Of a stretch of DNA of 64,000 nt, positions 20,432-31,426 are shown piece after piece. The stretch lies in assembly GCA_026387255.1 (NCBI GenBank), contig JAPLMA010000060.1, positions 465 through 64,464 on the forward strand, written 5' to 3'. The DNA comes from Candidatus Omnitrophota bacterium (lineage in GTDB: Bacteria; Omnitrophota; Gorgyraeia; Gygaellales; Profunditerraquicolaceae). A program made the position numbers and the translations under genes. The number at the start of each line of letters is the position of its first letter. Positions within the stretch are counted from its first letter, which is position 1. The notes under the pieces are model-generated. The model was not told the origin of the DNA. It saw nothing but the letters and a program-made list of their open reading frames with translations, and ran no database searches.

Positions 20432-21734
20432 AATTTTATTGAATTTAGATAAAAAAATAAAAAATAAACAGATAAAAATTGCCGTAGTTGGTTTGGGTTA
20501 TGTTGGATTTCCTCTGGCTTTAGAATTTGTCAAAAAAAAGGTTAAGGTAGTGGGAATTGAAATTGATACTCATCGTCTGAAATCTATTGCTCAGCGCAAA
20601 TCTTATATCAGTGATATAAGTAATCATGAGTTAACCGCGATGTTATCGAGCGGATATTTTAAGGCGAGCAGGAGTTTTGCGGATATTGCGCAAGCCGATT
20701 GTGTTTTAATCTGTGTTCCTACTCCTTTGAAAGGAAAATATCTTCCGGATATTTCTTTTATCAGGAATGCCGTTAGTCAGGTTGCTTTGCATCTAAAAAA
20801 TGGCGCGTTAGTAATTTTAGAGAGTACGACCTATCCCGGGACAACCGAAGAAGAAATTTTACCGATTTTTCAAAATCTCGGGTTTAGGCATGCCAAAGAT
20901 TTCTACCTTTGTTTTTCACCGGAAAGAATTGATCCGGGTAATAAGAAATTTCCCGTGCATAAGATCCCCAAGGTTATTGGCGGGCTTACTCCTTTAGCCA
21001 CGCAACTGGCAATGGCAGTTTACCGGATTATCATTAAGCAGGTTGTCCCGGTAAGCAGTTGTCGGGCCGCCGAAACTGTGAAGCTACTGGAGAATACCTT
21101 CCGCTTAATTAATATCGGTTTGATTGATGAGCTATCGATGATGGCGCATCAGATGAAAATTGATATCTGGGAGGTTGTCCAAGCCGCCAGCACTAAGCCC
21201 TTTGGTTTTATGCCTTTTTATCCCGGCCCAGGCGTGGGTGGCCACTGCATTCCAAAAGACCCTTTGTATTTGCATTGGAAGGCCAAGAGTTTTGGTTTTC
21301 ATTCGCGCTTTATTAAACTGGCTTCTCATGTCATAAATTATATGCCTGAATATATCGTCAAAAGGATTAAAGAGGCTTTTGCGCGCAGGGGAAAAAAACT
21401 AAAGGGTGCGAAAATATTAGTGATTGGGGTAACTTATAAAAAAGATATTAAAGATTTACGTAAATCACCGAGCATTGATGTAATCAATAGCCTAAAAAGA
21501 CAAGGTGTTAAAATCTCCTATGCGGATCCACTGATACCATATCTTAAGCTTGAAGGGCTGGATTTAAAATCCGTGGGTTTAAGTGCTAATAAAATTAAAG
21601 AATTCGATTGTTGTCTTATTGCTACGGACCATACCAAAGTTAATTATGCTGCTTTATTAAAAAATGCAAAATTTATTTTTGATTCCAGGAATGTTTATCA
21701 AGGAAATCATACAGAAAAGGTGGAGAGGCTATGA
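20424..21734 (+). CDS. Nucleotide-sugar dehydrogenase (UDP-ManNAc/UDP-GlcNAc 6-dehydrogenase-like)
   Basis: VGLGYVGFPLA Rossmann fold and GGHCIPKD. ATG at 20424 overlaps the ugd stop. Confidence 0.8.
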   Translation: MNKILLNLDKKIKNKQIKIAVVGLGYVGFPLALEFVKKKVKVVGIEIDTHRLKSIAQRKSYISDISNHELTAMLSSGYFKASRSFADIAQADCVLICVPTPLKGKYLPDISFIRNAVSQVALHLKNGALVILESTTYPGTTEEEILPIFQNLGFRHAKDFYLCFSPERIDPGNKKFPVHKIPKVIGGLTPLATQLAMAVYRIIIKQVVPVSSCRAAETVKLLENTFRLINIGLIDELSMMAHQMKIDIWEVVQAASTKPFGFMPFYPGPGVGGHCIPKDPLYLHWKAKSFGFHSRFIKLASHVINYMPEYIVKRIKEAFARRGKKLKGAKILVIGVTYKKDIKDLRKSPSIDVINSLKRQGVKISYADPLIPYLKLEGLDLKSVGLSANKIKEFDCCLIATDHTKVNYAALLKNAKFIFDSRNVYQGNHTEKVERL

Positions 21735-22666
21735 GCAGGTTTTTGGTTACTGGTGGGGCGGGTTTTATTGGTTCGCATATTGTGGAGGCATTGGTTAAAC
21801 AAGGCCAAGATGTGCGGATTTTGGATAATTTTTCCAGTGGAAAAATGCGCAATCTTAAGGGTTTAGAAAAAAAGATTGACTTAGTTAAGGGGGATATTTG
21901 TTCAGCGACGACTTGTATTAAAGCAACCAAACACATGGATTTTGTTTTACATCAGGCGGCCTTAAGGAGCGTGCCTAAAAGCATGGTTGAGCCACATGCC
22001 TATAATCGTGTCAATATTGATGGAACACTTAATATGCTCGAGGCTTCCCGGCAGAATAAGGTAAAACGTTTTGTTTTTGCCTCATCTAGTTCTGTTTATG
22101 GAGAAGTAAACGATTACCCGGAAAAGGAAAACTTTATTCCTAGCCCGATCTCACCTTATGCCCTAAGTAAATTAACCGGTGAATATTATTGTAAGATATT
22201 CAGTTTGCATTATGGCTTACCTACAGTTGCCTTACGCTATTTTAATGTCTTTGGGCCGCGCCAAGCCCTGGATGATGATTATGCGGTAGTCATCCCTAAG
22301 TTTATTAATTGTTTACTTAAGAATCAGCCTCCTCCGATCTTTGGTAATGGCCGGCAGTCTCGAGATTTTACATTTGTACAGAATGTGGTGAGCGCCAATT
22401 TACTTGCCGTCGCAGCCGGTAAAGTTAAATATGGAGTTTTTAATATTGCCGGAGGCAAAGATACCTCGGTTCTGAATTTAGTTAAAATTCTAAATCAGAT
22501 TCTAAGCAAAGATATTCCTCCCAGGTTACTCCCCAAGCGGCCCGGGGATGTATTTAGAACATTAGCGGATATTAGAAAAGCCGCTCAGTTATTAAATTTT
22601 AAACCGAAAGTTAATTTTATTGATGGATTAAAAATTACGGTTAATTTTTGGAAAGAAAATGCCTAA
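21731..22666 (+). CDS. NAD-dependent sugar-nucleotide epimerase/dehydratase
   Basis: [10 protein letters not shown] and YxxxK of the SDR-extended family; 311 aa. Confidence 0.75.
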   Translation: MSRFLVTGGAGFIGSHIVEALVKQGQDVRILDNFSSGKMRNLKGLEKKIDLVKGDICSATTCIKATKHMDFVLHQAALRSVPKSMVEPHAYNRVNIDGTLNMLEASRQNKVKRFVFASSSSVYGEVNDYPEKENFIPSPISPYALSKLTGEYYCKIFSLHYGLPTVALRYFNVFGPRQALDDDYAVVIPKFINCLLKNQPPPIFGNGRQSRDFTFVQNVVSANLLAVAAGKVKYGVFNIAGGKDTSVLNLVKILNQILSKDIPPRLLPKRPGDVFRTLADIRKAAQLLNFKPKVNFIDGLKITVNFWKENA

Positions 22667-23591
22667 GCAGACTGTTTTGATTACCGGAGGCGCGGGTTTT
22701 ATTGGCTCGCATTTATGCCTTAAGCTGCTGTCGAGCAATTATAAAGTCATTTGCCTGGATAATTTTATTACCGGTAGTCGGGATAATCTAAAAACCTTTA
22801 TCCGAAATAAAAATTTTCGTTTAGAGGTCTGTAATGTTTCAAATTATATTGATATTCCCGGTAAAATAGACTATGTTTTACACTGCGCTTCATTAGCGTC
22901 TCCGAAGGATTATTTAGATTTTCCGATTCAGACTTTAAAGGTGGGCTCTTTAGGTACGCATAATGCTTTAGGCTTAGCTAAAAAGAAAAAAGCTGTTTTT
23001 ATGCTTTTTTCTACATCAGAAGTTTATGGAGATCCTCTGGAGCATCCCCAAAAAGAAAGCTATTGGGGTCATGTGAACCCTGTTGGGGTGCGTGGCTGCT
23101 ATGATGAATCTAAGCGGTTTGCCGAGGCGATCACGATGGCCTATTACCGTGTGCACAAATTGGATACCAAGATTGTGCGTATTTTTAATACCTATGGGCC
23201 AAGAATGCGTCATAATGATGGCCGGGTGGTGCCTAATTTTATTGATCAGGCTCTAAAAGGTAAGGCGCTAACGGTTTATGGAGGAGGCCAACAGACGAGA
23301 AGTTTCTGTTATATTGATGATTTAGTTGATGGTATATTGCGTTTAATGCTCTCTGATCAAAATTTACCGATTAACTTGGGCAATCCTCATGAGTTTACTA
23401 TTCTACAATTGGTAAAAATAGTTTTAAAATTAACTGGTTCTAAAAGTAGAGTTGTCTTTAGAAAATTACCCCAAGATGATCCCCAACAGCGCCAGCCGGA
23501 TATCACTAAAGCTAAGAAACTTCTTGCTTGGGAACCGATGGTCTCCCTAGAGGATGGGTTAGAGCGTACCATATCCTGGTTCAGAAGATAA
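22659..23591 (+). CDS. UDP-glucuronate decarboxylase (UDP-xylose synthase)-like
   Basis: [13 protein letters not shown]...NFITG...VYGDP...Y..K pattern typical of the UXS/ArnA decarboxylase subgroup. Confidence 0.7.
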   Translation: MPKQTVLITGGAGFIGSHLCLKLLSSNYKVICLDNFITGSRDNLKTFIRNKNFRLEVCNVSNYIDIPGKIDYVLHCASLASPKDYLDFPIQTLKVGSLGTHNALGLAKKKKAVFMLFSTSEVYGDPLEHPQKESYWGHVNPVGVRGCYDESKRFAEAITMAYYRVHKLDTKIVRIFNTYGPRMRHNDGRVVPNFIDQALKGKALTVYGGGQQTRSFCYIDDLVDGILRLMLSDQNLPINLGNPHEFTILQLVKIVLKLTGSKSRVVFRKLPQDDPQQRQPDITKAKKLLAWEPMVSLEDGLERTISWFRR

Positions 23592-23607
23592 ATTTAGGCC
23601 CCTTTCC

Positions 23608-23637
23608 TTGACAATGCCATCGGGTATATGTTATACT
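23608..23637 (+). promoter_or_regulatory. Promoter TTGACA, 18 nt, extended -10 tgtTATACT upstream of cvpA
   Basis: Hexamers read from the sequence. Confidence 0.45.
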
Positions 23638-23708
23638 TCTTGATAAATTTAAATTTAGCCTGCTTAAGGCAGGTAAGCGCTTTAATCGTTTAGAAAGAGG
23701 TAAATATT

Positions 23709-24290
23709 ATGATTCTAGAGATAATCGCAAAGTTTAATTTTTTGGATTATATTATTCTAATTGTTTTATTTAGAATATGTTACATTGCTGCTAAAATGGG
23801 CCTACCCGTTGAGATCTTCAAATTCTCAGGAGCAATGTTTTCTATCTATATCGCGTTACATTATTACACCACTCTTTCGAATCTTATTCAGAGCCGTTTT
23901 ATGCCTAAAGAGATGTCTTTAGGGTTTATGGATTTTATAATTTTTCTTTTTTTAATTATATTAGGGTATTTATGTTTTGTAGTCTTGCGCAGCGTCCTTT
24001 CCCGTTTTATACAATTGAATGCTGTTCCTAAAATTAGTCAATGTTTAGGATTAATTTTAGGCATCGGGCGGGGTTTTCTGGTTATCGGTTTGTTATCTTT
24101 TACTTTGGTTATTTCTAACATTACTTATCTTAACAATTCGGTAAAACACTCTTATTTGGGCAGTAAGGCTTTTGTAATTCTACCTCAGACATACGGTTGG
24201 CTTTGGAATAATATTTTTTCTAAGTTTTCCACTCAAGAAAAATTTAATCCCGCCGTTACGCAAGTCACGGAGAAATTTAAACACAAATGA
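23709..24290 (+). CDS. cvpA: CvpA-family membrane protein
   Basis: Four predicted TM helices with a CvpA-like length and pattern. Confidence 0.6.
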   Translation: MILEIIAKFNFLDYIILIVLFRICYIAAKMGLPVEIFKFSGAMFSIYIALHYYTTLSNLIQSRFMPKEMSLGFMDFIIFLFLIILGYLCFVVLRSVLSRFIQLNAVPKISQCLGLILGIGRGFLVIGLLSFTLVISNITYLNNSVKHSYLGSKAFVILPQTYGWLWNNIFSKFSTQEKFNPAVTQVTEKFKHK

Positions 24291-25171
24291 AATTAATTAA
24301 TTTTTATAACCAGGTAGTGAATTTTGGCCGTTTAGCTGACCCGCGTAAGGATAAGCAGAGAATAAAATCATTCCCAGATTCGGCAATTCTTTTTGGTAAG
24401 CCTAATTTAGAGATTAAGAAGATTATGGTGGGCATTGATATTGAAGTGGCGGAGCTCCTGCTGGCGGATCGCATTCGCCAAAGGGAAGGATTGGATTTGG
24501 TAATTGCGCATCATCCTGAAGGAAAAGCCTACGCAGGTCTGCCTGAGGTAATGCGGCTACAGATTGATCTTTTAACTCAAGCTGGAGTTGCGCAGAAGAC
24601 GGCTACCAAGTTACTACAAGAGCGGATGGCACAAGTAGAACGTAGGGTATTGCCGCAGAATCATACTCGGCCGGTGGATGCGGCCAGATTATTGAATATG
24701 CCCTTTATGAATATGCACACACCAGCAGATAATCACGTATATAGGTATTTAGAGGCTATTTTTAACCAGAAAGCTAACCGGGCGGGGTTGCTCCAGGATG
24801 TAGTAAAGATACTGAATACTATACCGGAATATCAGATTGCCCAGAAGTTTAATACTGGACCGCGTATAATTTTAGGTAATCCTAGACGGCCGACAGGTAA
24901 AATTTTGTTTGAGATGACCGGAGGGACCGAAGGGTCAGTTGATGTTTTTGATAAATTATATAAGGCTGGGGTAAGAACTTTAATCTCGATGCATTTAAGT
25001 GAAGAACATTTTAAAAAGGTTAAAAATGCTAATTTAAATGTGGTTATTGCCGGGCATATATCAAGCGATACCCTGGGGTTAAACCTACTTTTGGATAAGA
25101 TCGAGAAATCAGCAAAACAGAATTTTGAAGTTATCGCTTGTTCCGGTTTTACCAGGATAAAGAGAAAGTAA
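24287..25171 (+). CDS. Nif3-like (YqfO/YbgI family) metal-binding protein
   Basis: The HHP motif (DLVIAHHPEG) and a C-terminal AGH motif fit the family. Synteny with dnaG-rpoD is known for yqfO in Bacillus. Confidence 0.45.
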   Translation: MKLINFYNQVVNFGRLADPRKDKQRIKSFPDSAILFGKPNLEIKKIMVGIDIEVAELLLADRIRQREGLDLVIAHHPEGKAYAGLPEVMRLQIDLLTQAGVAQKTATKLLQERMAQVERRVLPQNHTRPVDAARLLNMPFMNMHTPADNHVYRYLEAIFNQKANRAGLLQDVVKILNTIPEYQIAQKFNTGPRIILGNPRRPTGKILFEMTGGTEGSVDVFDKLYKAGVRTLISMHLSEEHFKKVKNANLNVVIAGHISSDTLGLNLLLDKIEKSAKQNFEVIACSGFTRIKRK

Positions 25172-25173
25172 AA

Positions 25174-26934
25174 ATGTCGGGGCGTATTCCTGAAAATTTA
25201 CTCGAAGACATACTTGGCCGGGTGGATCTCGTTGAGATGATCTCTGGCTATATTCCTTTGAAGAAGGCGGGAAGTAATTTTAAGGCCAACTGTCCGTTTC
25301 ATCATGAAAAGACTGCTTCTTTTATGGTTTCCCCTGAGCGCCAGATTTATCATTGTTTTGGCTGCGGTGAGTCGGGCAATGCCTTTAAATTTCTTATGCG
25401 CCATGAACGGATGGAATTCCCCGAGGCGGTTGAAATATTGGCTAAAAAGTGTGGAGTGAGCCTACCTGATCAGGATAAGCCAGAGTTAGCCAGGGCAGCG
25501 AGTTTAAATAGTCAATTGTATAAAGTTAATGAGCTGGCAGTAAATTTTTATGAAAATAATCTCCATAGTGGTAGCCTTGCGTTAAATTATTTGATCAACA
25601 GAGGGGTTAAGCTTGGAACGATAAAAGAGTTTCATTTGGGGTTAGCTACTTCTGGCTGGGATAATCTAATTAATTTTTTAAGGAGCAAGAATGTCAGCCT
25701 GGCGCTTCTGGAGCAAGCGGGTTTGGTGCTCCCTAAGGAATCGGGCGGTTATTATGATCGTTTCCGTAATCGTATTATTTTTCCTGTTTTTGATCTGCGC
25801 AGCCGCATGATCGGATTTGGCGCCAGAGTAATGGATAATAGCTTGCCTAAATATATCAATTCTCCGGAGACGCCGGTTTACGTAAAAGGCAAAAATCTTT
25901 TTGGTTTAAATTTATCCAAGGATTTTATACGGGATGCGGATAGCGCCGTAATCGTGGAAGGTTACCTGGATTTTATGATTCCTTATCAAGAGGGGTTAAA
26001 AAATATCGTCGCTTCGCAGGGAACTGCGCTTACTTTGGAGCAGATTAAACTGCTTAAGCGTTATACGCATAATGTAGTGATGATCTATGATGGTGACACT
26101 GCCGGAGAAATAGCTACCTTAAGGAGCTTAGATCTACTTATTGATGAAGGTATAAATGTAAAAGTTGTTCCTTTGCCTAAAGGGACGGATCCCGATGCAT
26201 TGGTACGCAGTGAGGGAATTAATACTTTAAAAGATAAGGTCAAAAAAGCGGAAAGCTTTTTTGATTATAAACTGGATGTTTTAAGGAGCCGTTATGATAT
26301 AAAAGATGCGCACGGTAAAACCAAAATTGCTTCTGAAATGCTCTTAACGATAAATAAATTTGATAATGCTATTCTCAGGGGGGAGTATACTAAAAGATTA
26401 TCTGAAGTGATGTGTATACCGGAGCAGTATATTCTTGAAGAGCTGGGAAAATTAAAGCCTGCTGATTCCAGATCTGCGGGTCAACCCGTTTCTTCGGCAA
26501 AAAAGCAGATTCAGATTAATCCGGCGGAGAAGCTTTTGATTAAATTCATGCTCGAGGAAAAAGAAATGATTGAAAAAATTATGCAGCAGTTATCGCCTGC
26601 TGATTTTGCGGATACGCGTACTGCTAAAATTGTTTCCGTAATACAGAATTTGGTTCTGGAGGGTAAAAATATCACTCCCAGCGTACTGATGAATTATTTT
26701 AGCGAAGATGATGCTAGTCAATTAGTTTGTGAAACCATGTTTATGCCGGCCCTTGACGACCAGGGCAGAGAAAAAGCGGTTAATGATTGTATAACGCGGA
26801 TTAAGATTCAAAGAAAAAAAACCCAACGTGAACATCTGCACCTACAGATTAAAAGCGCCCAATCTCTGGGTGATGAGGGGAAATTAAATAGTCTTATTCA
26901 AGAATTTCATAATCTTATAAAGAAAGGCGATTAA
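25174..26934 (+). CDS. dnaG: DNA primase
   Basis: Zinc ribbon [16 protein letters not shown], a TOPRIM domain (EGYLD, DGDTAG) and a C-terminal helicase-binding domain. Start taken at the internal ATG at 25174. Confidence 0.9.
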   Translation: MSGRIPENLLEDILGRVDLVEMISGYIPLKKAGSNFKANCPFHHEKTASFMVSPERQIYHCFGCGESGNAFKFLMRHERMEFPEAVEILAKKCGVSLPDQDKPELARAASLNSQLYKVNELAVNFYENNLHSGSLALNYLINRGVKLGTIKEFHLGLATSGWDNLINFLRSKNVSLALLEQAGLVLPKESGGYYDRFRNRIIFPVFDLRSRMIGFGARVMDNSLPKYINSPETPVYVKGKNLFGLNLSKDFIRDADSAVIVEGYLDFMIPYQEGLKNIVASQGTALTLEQIKLLKRYTHNVVMIYDGDTAGEIATLRSLDLLIDEGINVKVVPLPKGTDPDALVRSEGINTLKDKVKKAESFFDYKLDVLRSRYDIKDAHGKTKIASEMLLTINKFDNAILRGEYTKRLSEVMCIPEQYILEELGKLKPADSRSAGQPVSSAKKQIQINPAEKLLIKFMLEEKEMIEKIMQQLSPADFADTRTAKIVSVIQNLVLEGKNITPSVLMNYFSEDDASQLVCETMFMPALDDQGREKAVNDCITRIKIQRKKTQREHLHLQIKSAQSLGDEGKLNSLIQEFHNLIKKGD

Positions 26935-26936
26935 GT

Positions 26937-28496
26937 ATGAAGAAGAATCCACTGCAGCCGACTAAAGACATGGAAAAGCTGATTGCCCTGGGAAAGCAAA
27001 AGGGTTTCTTAACCTATGATGAAGTTAATGATTTATTACCGGAAGATCTTTCCAGTACGGTAGCCATTGATCATCTTTTTGAATTACTGGGTAATGAAGA
27101 TATCCAAGTGGTTGAGGGTGAAGCTGACGCGGGTTTATCGGCAAACCGGGTTTCACAACAGGATAAGCAAAATTTAGTACAGCAACGGGAAGAGTTGCTC
27201 ACCGAACAACTCAAAAGTGAAGAACGGTTTATGCCTTTGGACGACCCAGTAAAAATGTATTTAAAACAAATGGGGTCGATTTCTCTGCTTAGCCGGGAAA
27301 ATGAAATTGAGTTAGCCAAGAAGATTGAGGATGCCGAAGATAAATTTAAACGTGCTGTTTTAGTAACTAAATTCGCACGGAACGAAATTTTAGTGGTGGC
27401 GGCTAATATCTTAGAAGATAAAATTAATATCGAGGAGGTAGTTAAAGAAGATATCCGGATAAAAAAAAGCAGCGTGATCGGTAGATTTAAGCGGCTTTTA
27501 GTTAAAATTAAACAAACGCGTAGTGACAGCAATGCGATAAATTTAATCTTGCAGCTTAATTTTACTACTTCCGTAATTGAAGCGGCGGTACGCAAGTTAA
27601 ATCCTTTGCTACGGGAGTTAGAGCACCTCAAACGTTTAAGCAAGAGAGATAATTTGCGCAGTCGCCAAATACTTAAAATACTGGCGCAGCCGTATAACAA
27701 AATTAAAGAGCAGATGAAGTTAGTGAAGACCGCTCATCTTAAGTTTAGCCGTACGAAAAAGAAATTAGTTGAAGCAAATTTGCGTCTGGTAGTAAGTATT
27801 GCAAAAAAATATACTAATCGCGGGCTTTCTTTTTTGGATTTAATCCAGGAAGGCAATATCGGACTGATGCGGGCTGTAGAAAAATTCGAATATAAGCGTG
27901 GCTATAAGTTCTCCACTTACGCCACCTGGTGGATTCGTCAGGCGATTACCCGTTCGATTGCGGATCAAGCCCGCACGATTAGAATACCCGTACATATGAC
28001 CGAAACGATCAACAAAATAATTCGTTTTTCTAGGGTTTTTGTCCAGAAAAACGGCCGGGAACCGACGCCGGAAGAGATTGCAGCTAAAATGCGTTTTCCG
28101 CAGGGCAAGATTAAATCTATATTAAAGATTGCCCAGGAACCCATATCATTACAGATGCCGATCGGCGATGAAGGGGATACGCATTTTGGAGATTTTATCC
28201 AGGATAAAAAAGCTGTTTCTCCGGCGAACGAAACTGTGCGGTCAATGTTAAAAGATGAAATGAATTCTGCTTTAGGTACGTTAACGGAAAGAGAAAAAAA
28301 GATTCTGGTTTTACGTTTTGGCATCCAAGATGGTTCTGCGCGTACCTTAGAAGAGGTAGGCAATGTTTTTAAGGTTACCCGTGAAAGAGTCAGGCAAATT
28401 GAGGCCAAGGCTTTAAAGAAACTTAGGCATCCGTCGCGTTCACGACGCTTGCGCACTTTTATGGACATGACTTTGGCACACCAGAGGGAATATTAG
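26937..28496 (+). CDS. rpoD: RNA polymerase sigma-70 factor RpoD
   Basis: Regions 1.2, 2 ([11 protein letters not shown]), 3 and 4 ([14 protein letters not shown]) are all present. Confidence 0.95.
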   Translation: MKKNPLQPTKDMEKLIALGKQKGFLTYDEVNDLLPEDLSSTVAIDHLFELLGNEDIQVVEGEADAGLSANRVSQQDKQNLVQQREELLTEQLKSEERFMPLDDPVKMYLKQMGSISLLSRENEIELAKKIEDAEDKFKRAVLVTKFARNEILVVAANILEDKINIEEVVKEDIRIKKSSVIGRFKRLLVKIKQTRSDSNAINLILQLNFTTSVIEAAVRKLNPLLRELEHLKRLSKRDNLRSRQILKILAQPYNKIKEQMKLVKTAHLKFSRTKKKLVEANLRLVVSIAKKYTNRGLSFLDLIQEGNIGLMRAVEKFEYKRGYKFSTYATWWIRQAITRSIADQARTIRIPVHMTETINKIIRFSRVFVQKNGREPTPEEIAAKMRFPQGKIKSILKIAQEPISLQMPIGDEGDTHFGDFIQDKKAVSPANETVRSMLKDEMNSALGTLTEREKKILVLRFGIQDGSARTLEEVGNVFKVTRERVRQIEAKALKKLRHPSRSRRLRTFMDMTLAHQREY

Positions 28497-28600
28497 ATTA
28501 TAAAAAAAGAGGTTTAGGAATGACTTGTTTAAAAATAAGTCTAGGACAGCTTCTTATATTTAAGGGGCTGTTTTTTTGTTTATTAATTAACAGCTAATAA

Positions 28601-31279
28601 TTGAATATGCAAGATCCCAAGCAAAATAATTTCGAAACTACACTTGGCCTGCTGCGTAAAGTAGAGTTCCAGCAGAGAGCAATTTTGGATAATATTCCGG
28701 ATATTGCCTGGCTTAAAGATGTCCAAGGTAAATTTATTGCGGTTAATGAACCTTTTGCCAAGGCCTGTGGTTTTAGAATTGAGGAAATTATTGGTAAGAC
28801 TGATTTGGATATTTGGCCAAAAGAGTTGGCTTTAAGTTATCGTGCTGATGACCAAGAAGTAATGGATAGTAAAAAACGTAAATGTGTTCAGGAGAGGTTA
28901 ATCTATCAAAAGGGCGGAGAACAGTGGATTGAAACGATTAAGACTCCTTTTTTTGATGATCATGGCAAGGTAATCGGCACCACTGGAATCGCCAGAAATA
29001 TTACCCTGCATAAAAACGAGGCCGAAAGGCTAAAAGAAATTCGCGCAGAACTTGAGCTTCGAGTTAAGGTTAGGACTACGGAGTTGGTTAGTGCTAACGA
29101 AGCGCTACGAAAAGAAATCAGCGAGCGCAAAAAAATCGACGAGGAAATGCAACAGTTGTTGTCATTACAGAATGCAACGCTGGAGGCATCTCGGGATGGT
29201 ATTCTGGTTGTGAATTTTAATGGAAAAATTGTTAGCAATAATCGAAAATTTCTCCAACTCTGGAATATCCCTGACGATTTAATTTTAACTAGGGACGATC
29301 AGAAACTACTAGAATACGTTTTAGATCAACTAGTAGACTCTAAATCTTTTATTAATGAGGTGCAGCGACTATATAATAATCCTAAAGAAGAATCTTGCGA
29401 TATGCTGATGTTTAAGGATGGCCGCTTGTTTGAGAGGTTCTCCATGCCGCAAAAGATTAAAAATAAGATTGTGGGTCGAGTGTGGAGTTTTCGCGATGTT
29501 ACGCAAAATAAAAAATATGAAAATGAATTAAAGATTTACCATGAAAAGTTAGAGGTGTTGGTTCAACAACGAACACAATTATTAGAGGTGGAGATTGCCA
29601 CTAGAAGAGAGGCGGAGGAAAAGGCCAATATTTTGTATCAACAGTTAGAGTTTATCCTTGGAGCAACTAAAACTGGGTTGGATATTATTGATCAGGATTT
29701 TAATCTACGCTATGTAGATCCGGAGTGGGCGCGTAATTATGGTGATTGGAAGGGCAAAAAATGTTTCCAGTACTTTATGGATCGTAATAGCTTTTGTCTT
29801 AATTGTGCTATCCAGGAGGCTTTTAGAACAAAAAAAGTTGTGGTGAGCGAAGAAATTTTAGTGAAAGAGGGTAACCGGTTAATCCAGGTTACTTCCATGC
29901 CTTACCAGGATAAAAATGGCGAATGGTTGGTGGCTGAGGTAAATGTAGATATAACCCAAAAAAAGAAGATTGACGAAGAGCTTAATCGTTATCGTAATCA
30001 CTTAGAGCAACTGGTTGATAATCGTACGCGTGATCTTTTAGAGGAGACTATCAGATACAAAAATTCTGAATTCGAAAAAAGTAAAATAAACCGCGAGTTA
30101 CTTAAAACCAATAAAAAATTTAAAAGTATTTCACTGATTGACGTACATACCGGGCTGTATAACTATCGTTATTTGCAAGAGGAAATTGAGGTTGAATTCC
30201 ATCAGGCCAGAAGGTATGCTCAAAATTTAACCGTAATTATGCTGGATATCGATTATTTCAAATCGATCAATGATGTTTATGGAATTGCTTTTGGAGATTT
30301 AGTTTTAAAACAGTTAGCCAAACAGCTTAAACGCATGGTGCGGCGTTATGATATCCTTATCCGCTATAGCGGTGAGGAGTTTATCATTATTTCTCCCCGC
30401 TTAAACCGTAGCGCTGGCTTTCTTATGGCACAGAGGTTGTTAGATGCTTTGAATTATATCAACTTTGGAAATAAGAAACATAAGGTAAAATTAAAAATTA
30501 GTTTTTCCGTGGTTTCTTTTCCCGATGATCGGGCCAAAAATGGAATGGATTTAGTTAATCTGGCTGACCGATTATTGAATAAGGCCAAAGAAGGCGGAGG
30601 TAATCGCGCTTATTCTTCTTTAGATGTTAAAAATCCGTTCAGTAAAGGGATAGAAAAGATTTCTAAAGTAGTCGGGGTAAGAACTTTAAAAAATACGATT
30701 AATAAACTAAATAAACAGTCAAAACAGGGTTTAAGTGAATCAATCTTTGCTTTTGCTAAAACTCTGGAGTTAAAAGATCATTATACCGGTGAACATGTTA
30801 AAAACACGGTGTACTTTGCCATCGGAATAGCTAAAGAATTAAACTTATCTAGAGAAGATGTGGAATTAATTAAGCAGGCGGCAATGCTGCATGATTTAGG
30901 AAAAATTGGTATCAGCGAAAACATTTTACTTAAAAAAGGCAGACTTAATAAAAAGGAGTTTGCTGAGATTAAAAAACATCCTCAAATTGGCGCGGATATT
31001 ATCCGGCCGATTCAGTTTTTACATGATCTCATTCCGTTTATTTTCTATCATCATGAACGTTGGGATGGTAAAGGTTATCCTACCGGAATAAAGGGAGAGG
31101 ATATTCCGGTAGGTGCCAGGATAATTGCGATTGCTGATGTATATCAAGCCCTGATTAGCGATCGGCCATACCATAAGGCATTTACCAAAAATGCGGCAAT
31201 AGATATAATCCGAAAATCTTCTGGAACTCAATTTGACCCTCGTATTGTGAGCGCCTTTCTCAAGGTTGTGGGTAAATAA
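28601..31279 (+). CDS. Multi-PAS sensor, GGDEF diguanylate cyclase plus HD-GYP phosphodiesterase
   Basis: Repeated PAS/PAC blocks, a GGDEF region (RYSGEEF) and a C-terminal HD domain with HDLGKIGI and HHERWDGKGYP. Confidence 0.8.
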   Translation: MNMQDPKQNNFETTLGLLRKVEFQQRAILDNIPDIAWLKDVQGKFIAVNEPFAKACGFRIEEIIGKTDLDIWPKELALSYRADDQEVMDSKKRKCVQERLIYQKGGEQWIETIKTPFFDDHGKVIGTTGIARNITLHKNEAERLKEIRAELELRVKVRTTELVSANEALRKEISERKKIDEEMQQLLSLQNATLEASRDGILVVNFNGKIVSNNRKFLQLWNIPDDLILTRDDQKLLEYVLDQLVDSKSFINEVQRLYNNPKEESCDMLMFKDGRLFERFSMPQKIKNKIVGRVWSFRDVTQNKKYENELKIYHEKLEVLVQQRTQLLEVEIATRREAEEKANILYQQLEFILGATKTGLDIIDQDFNLRYVDPEWARNYGDWKGKKCFQYFMDRNSFCLNCAIQEAFRTKKVVVSEEILVKEGNRLIQVTSMPYQDKNGEWLVAEVNVDITQKKKIDEELNRYRNHLEQLVDNRTRDLLEETIRYKNSEFEKSKINRELLKTNKKFKSISLIDVHTGLYNYRYLQEEIEVEFHQARRYAQNLTVIMLDIDYFKSINDVYGIAFGDLVLKQLAKQLKRMVRRYDILIRYSGEEFIIISPRLNRSAGFLMAQRLLDALNYINFGNKKHKVKLKISFSVVSFPDDRAKNGMDLVNLADRLLNKAKEGGGNRAYSSLDVKNPFSKGIEKISKVVGVRTLKNTINKLNKQSKQGLSESIFAFAKTLELKDHYTGEHVKNTVYFAIGIAKELNLSREDVELIKQAAMLHDLGKIGISENILLKKGRLNKKEFAEIKKHPQIGADIIRPIQFLHDLIPFIFYHHERWDGKGYPTGIKGEDIPVGARIIAIADVYQALISDRPYHKAFTKNAAIDIIRKSSGTQFDPRIVSAFLKVVGK

Positions 31280-31317
31280 AAGTAACCTATTTCATCTTAA
31301 TTTAAATAAGTTTTAAT

Positions 31318-31346
31318 TTGCTAAAAATGCCTAAAAATAGTAATAT
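31318..31346 (+). promoter_or_regulatory. Promoter TTGCTA, 17 nt, TAATAT (copy 1 of a paralogous promoter block)
   Basis: Hexamers read from the sequence. About 70 nt around them are closely similar to 33885-33955. Confidence 0.55.
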
Positions 31347-31426
31347 AAAGCATTGTTTTGGAAGCGATTTGGCGATCTAAATTTGAGCAAATTTAGTTGA
31401 TCTAAATTTATCAAACTTTTGCATAA

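Noticed and set aside
28541-28577. Possible rpoD terminator hairpin (acagc...gctgt + T-run)
   Set aside because: The stem is only 5 bp. It is too weak to call with confidence.
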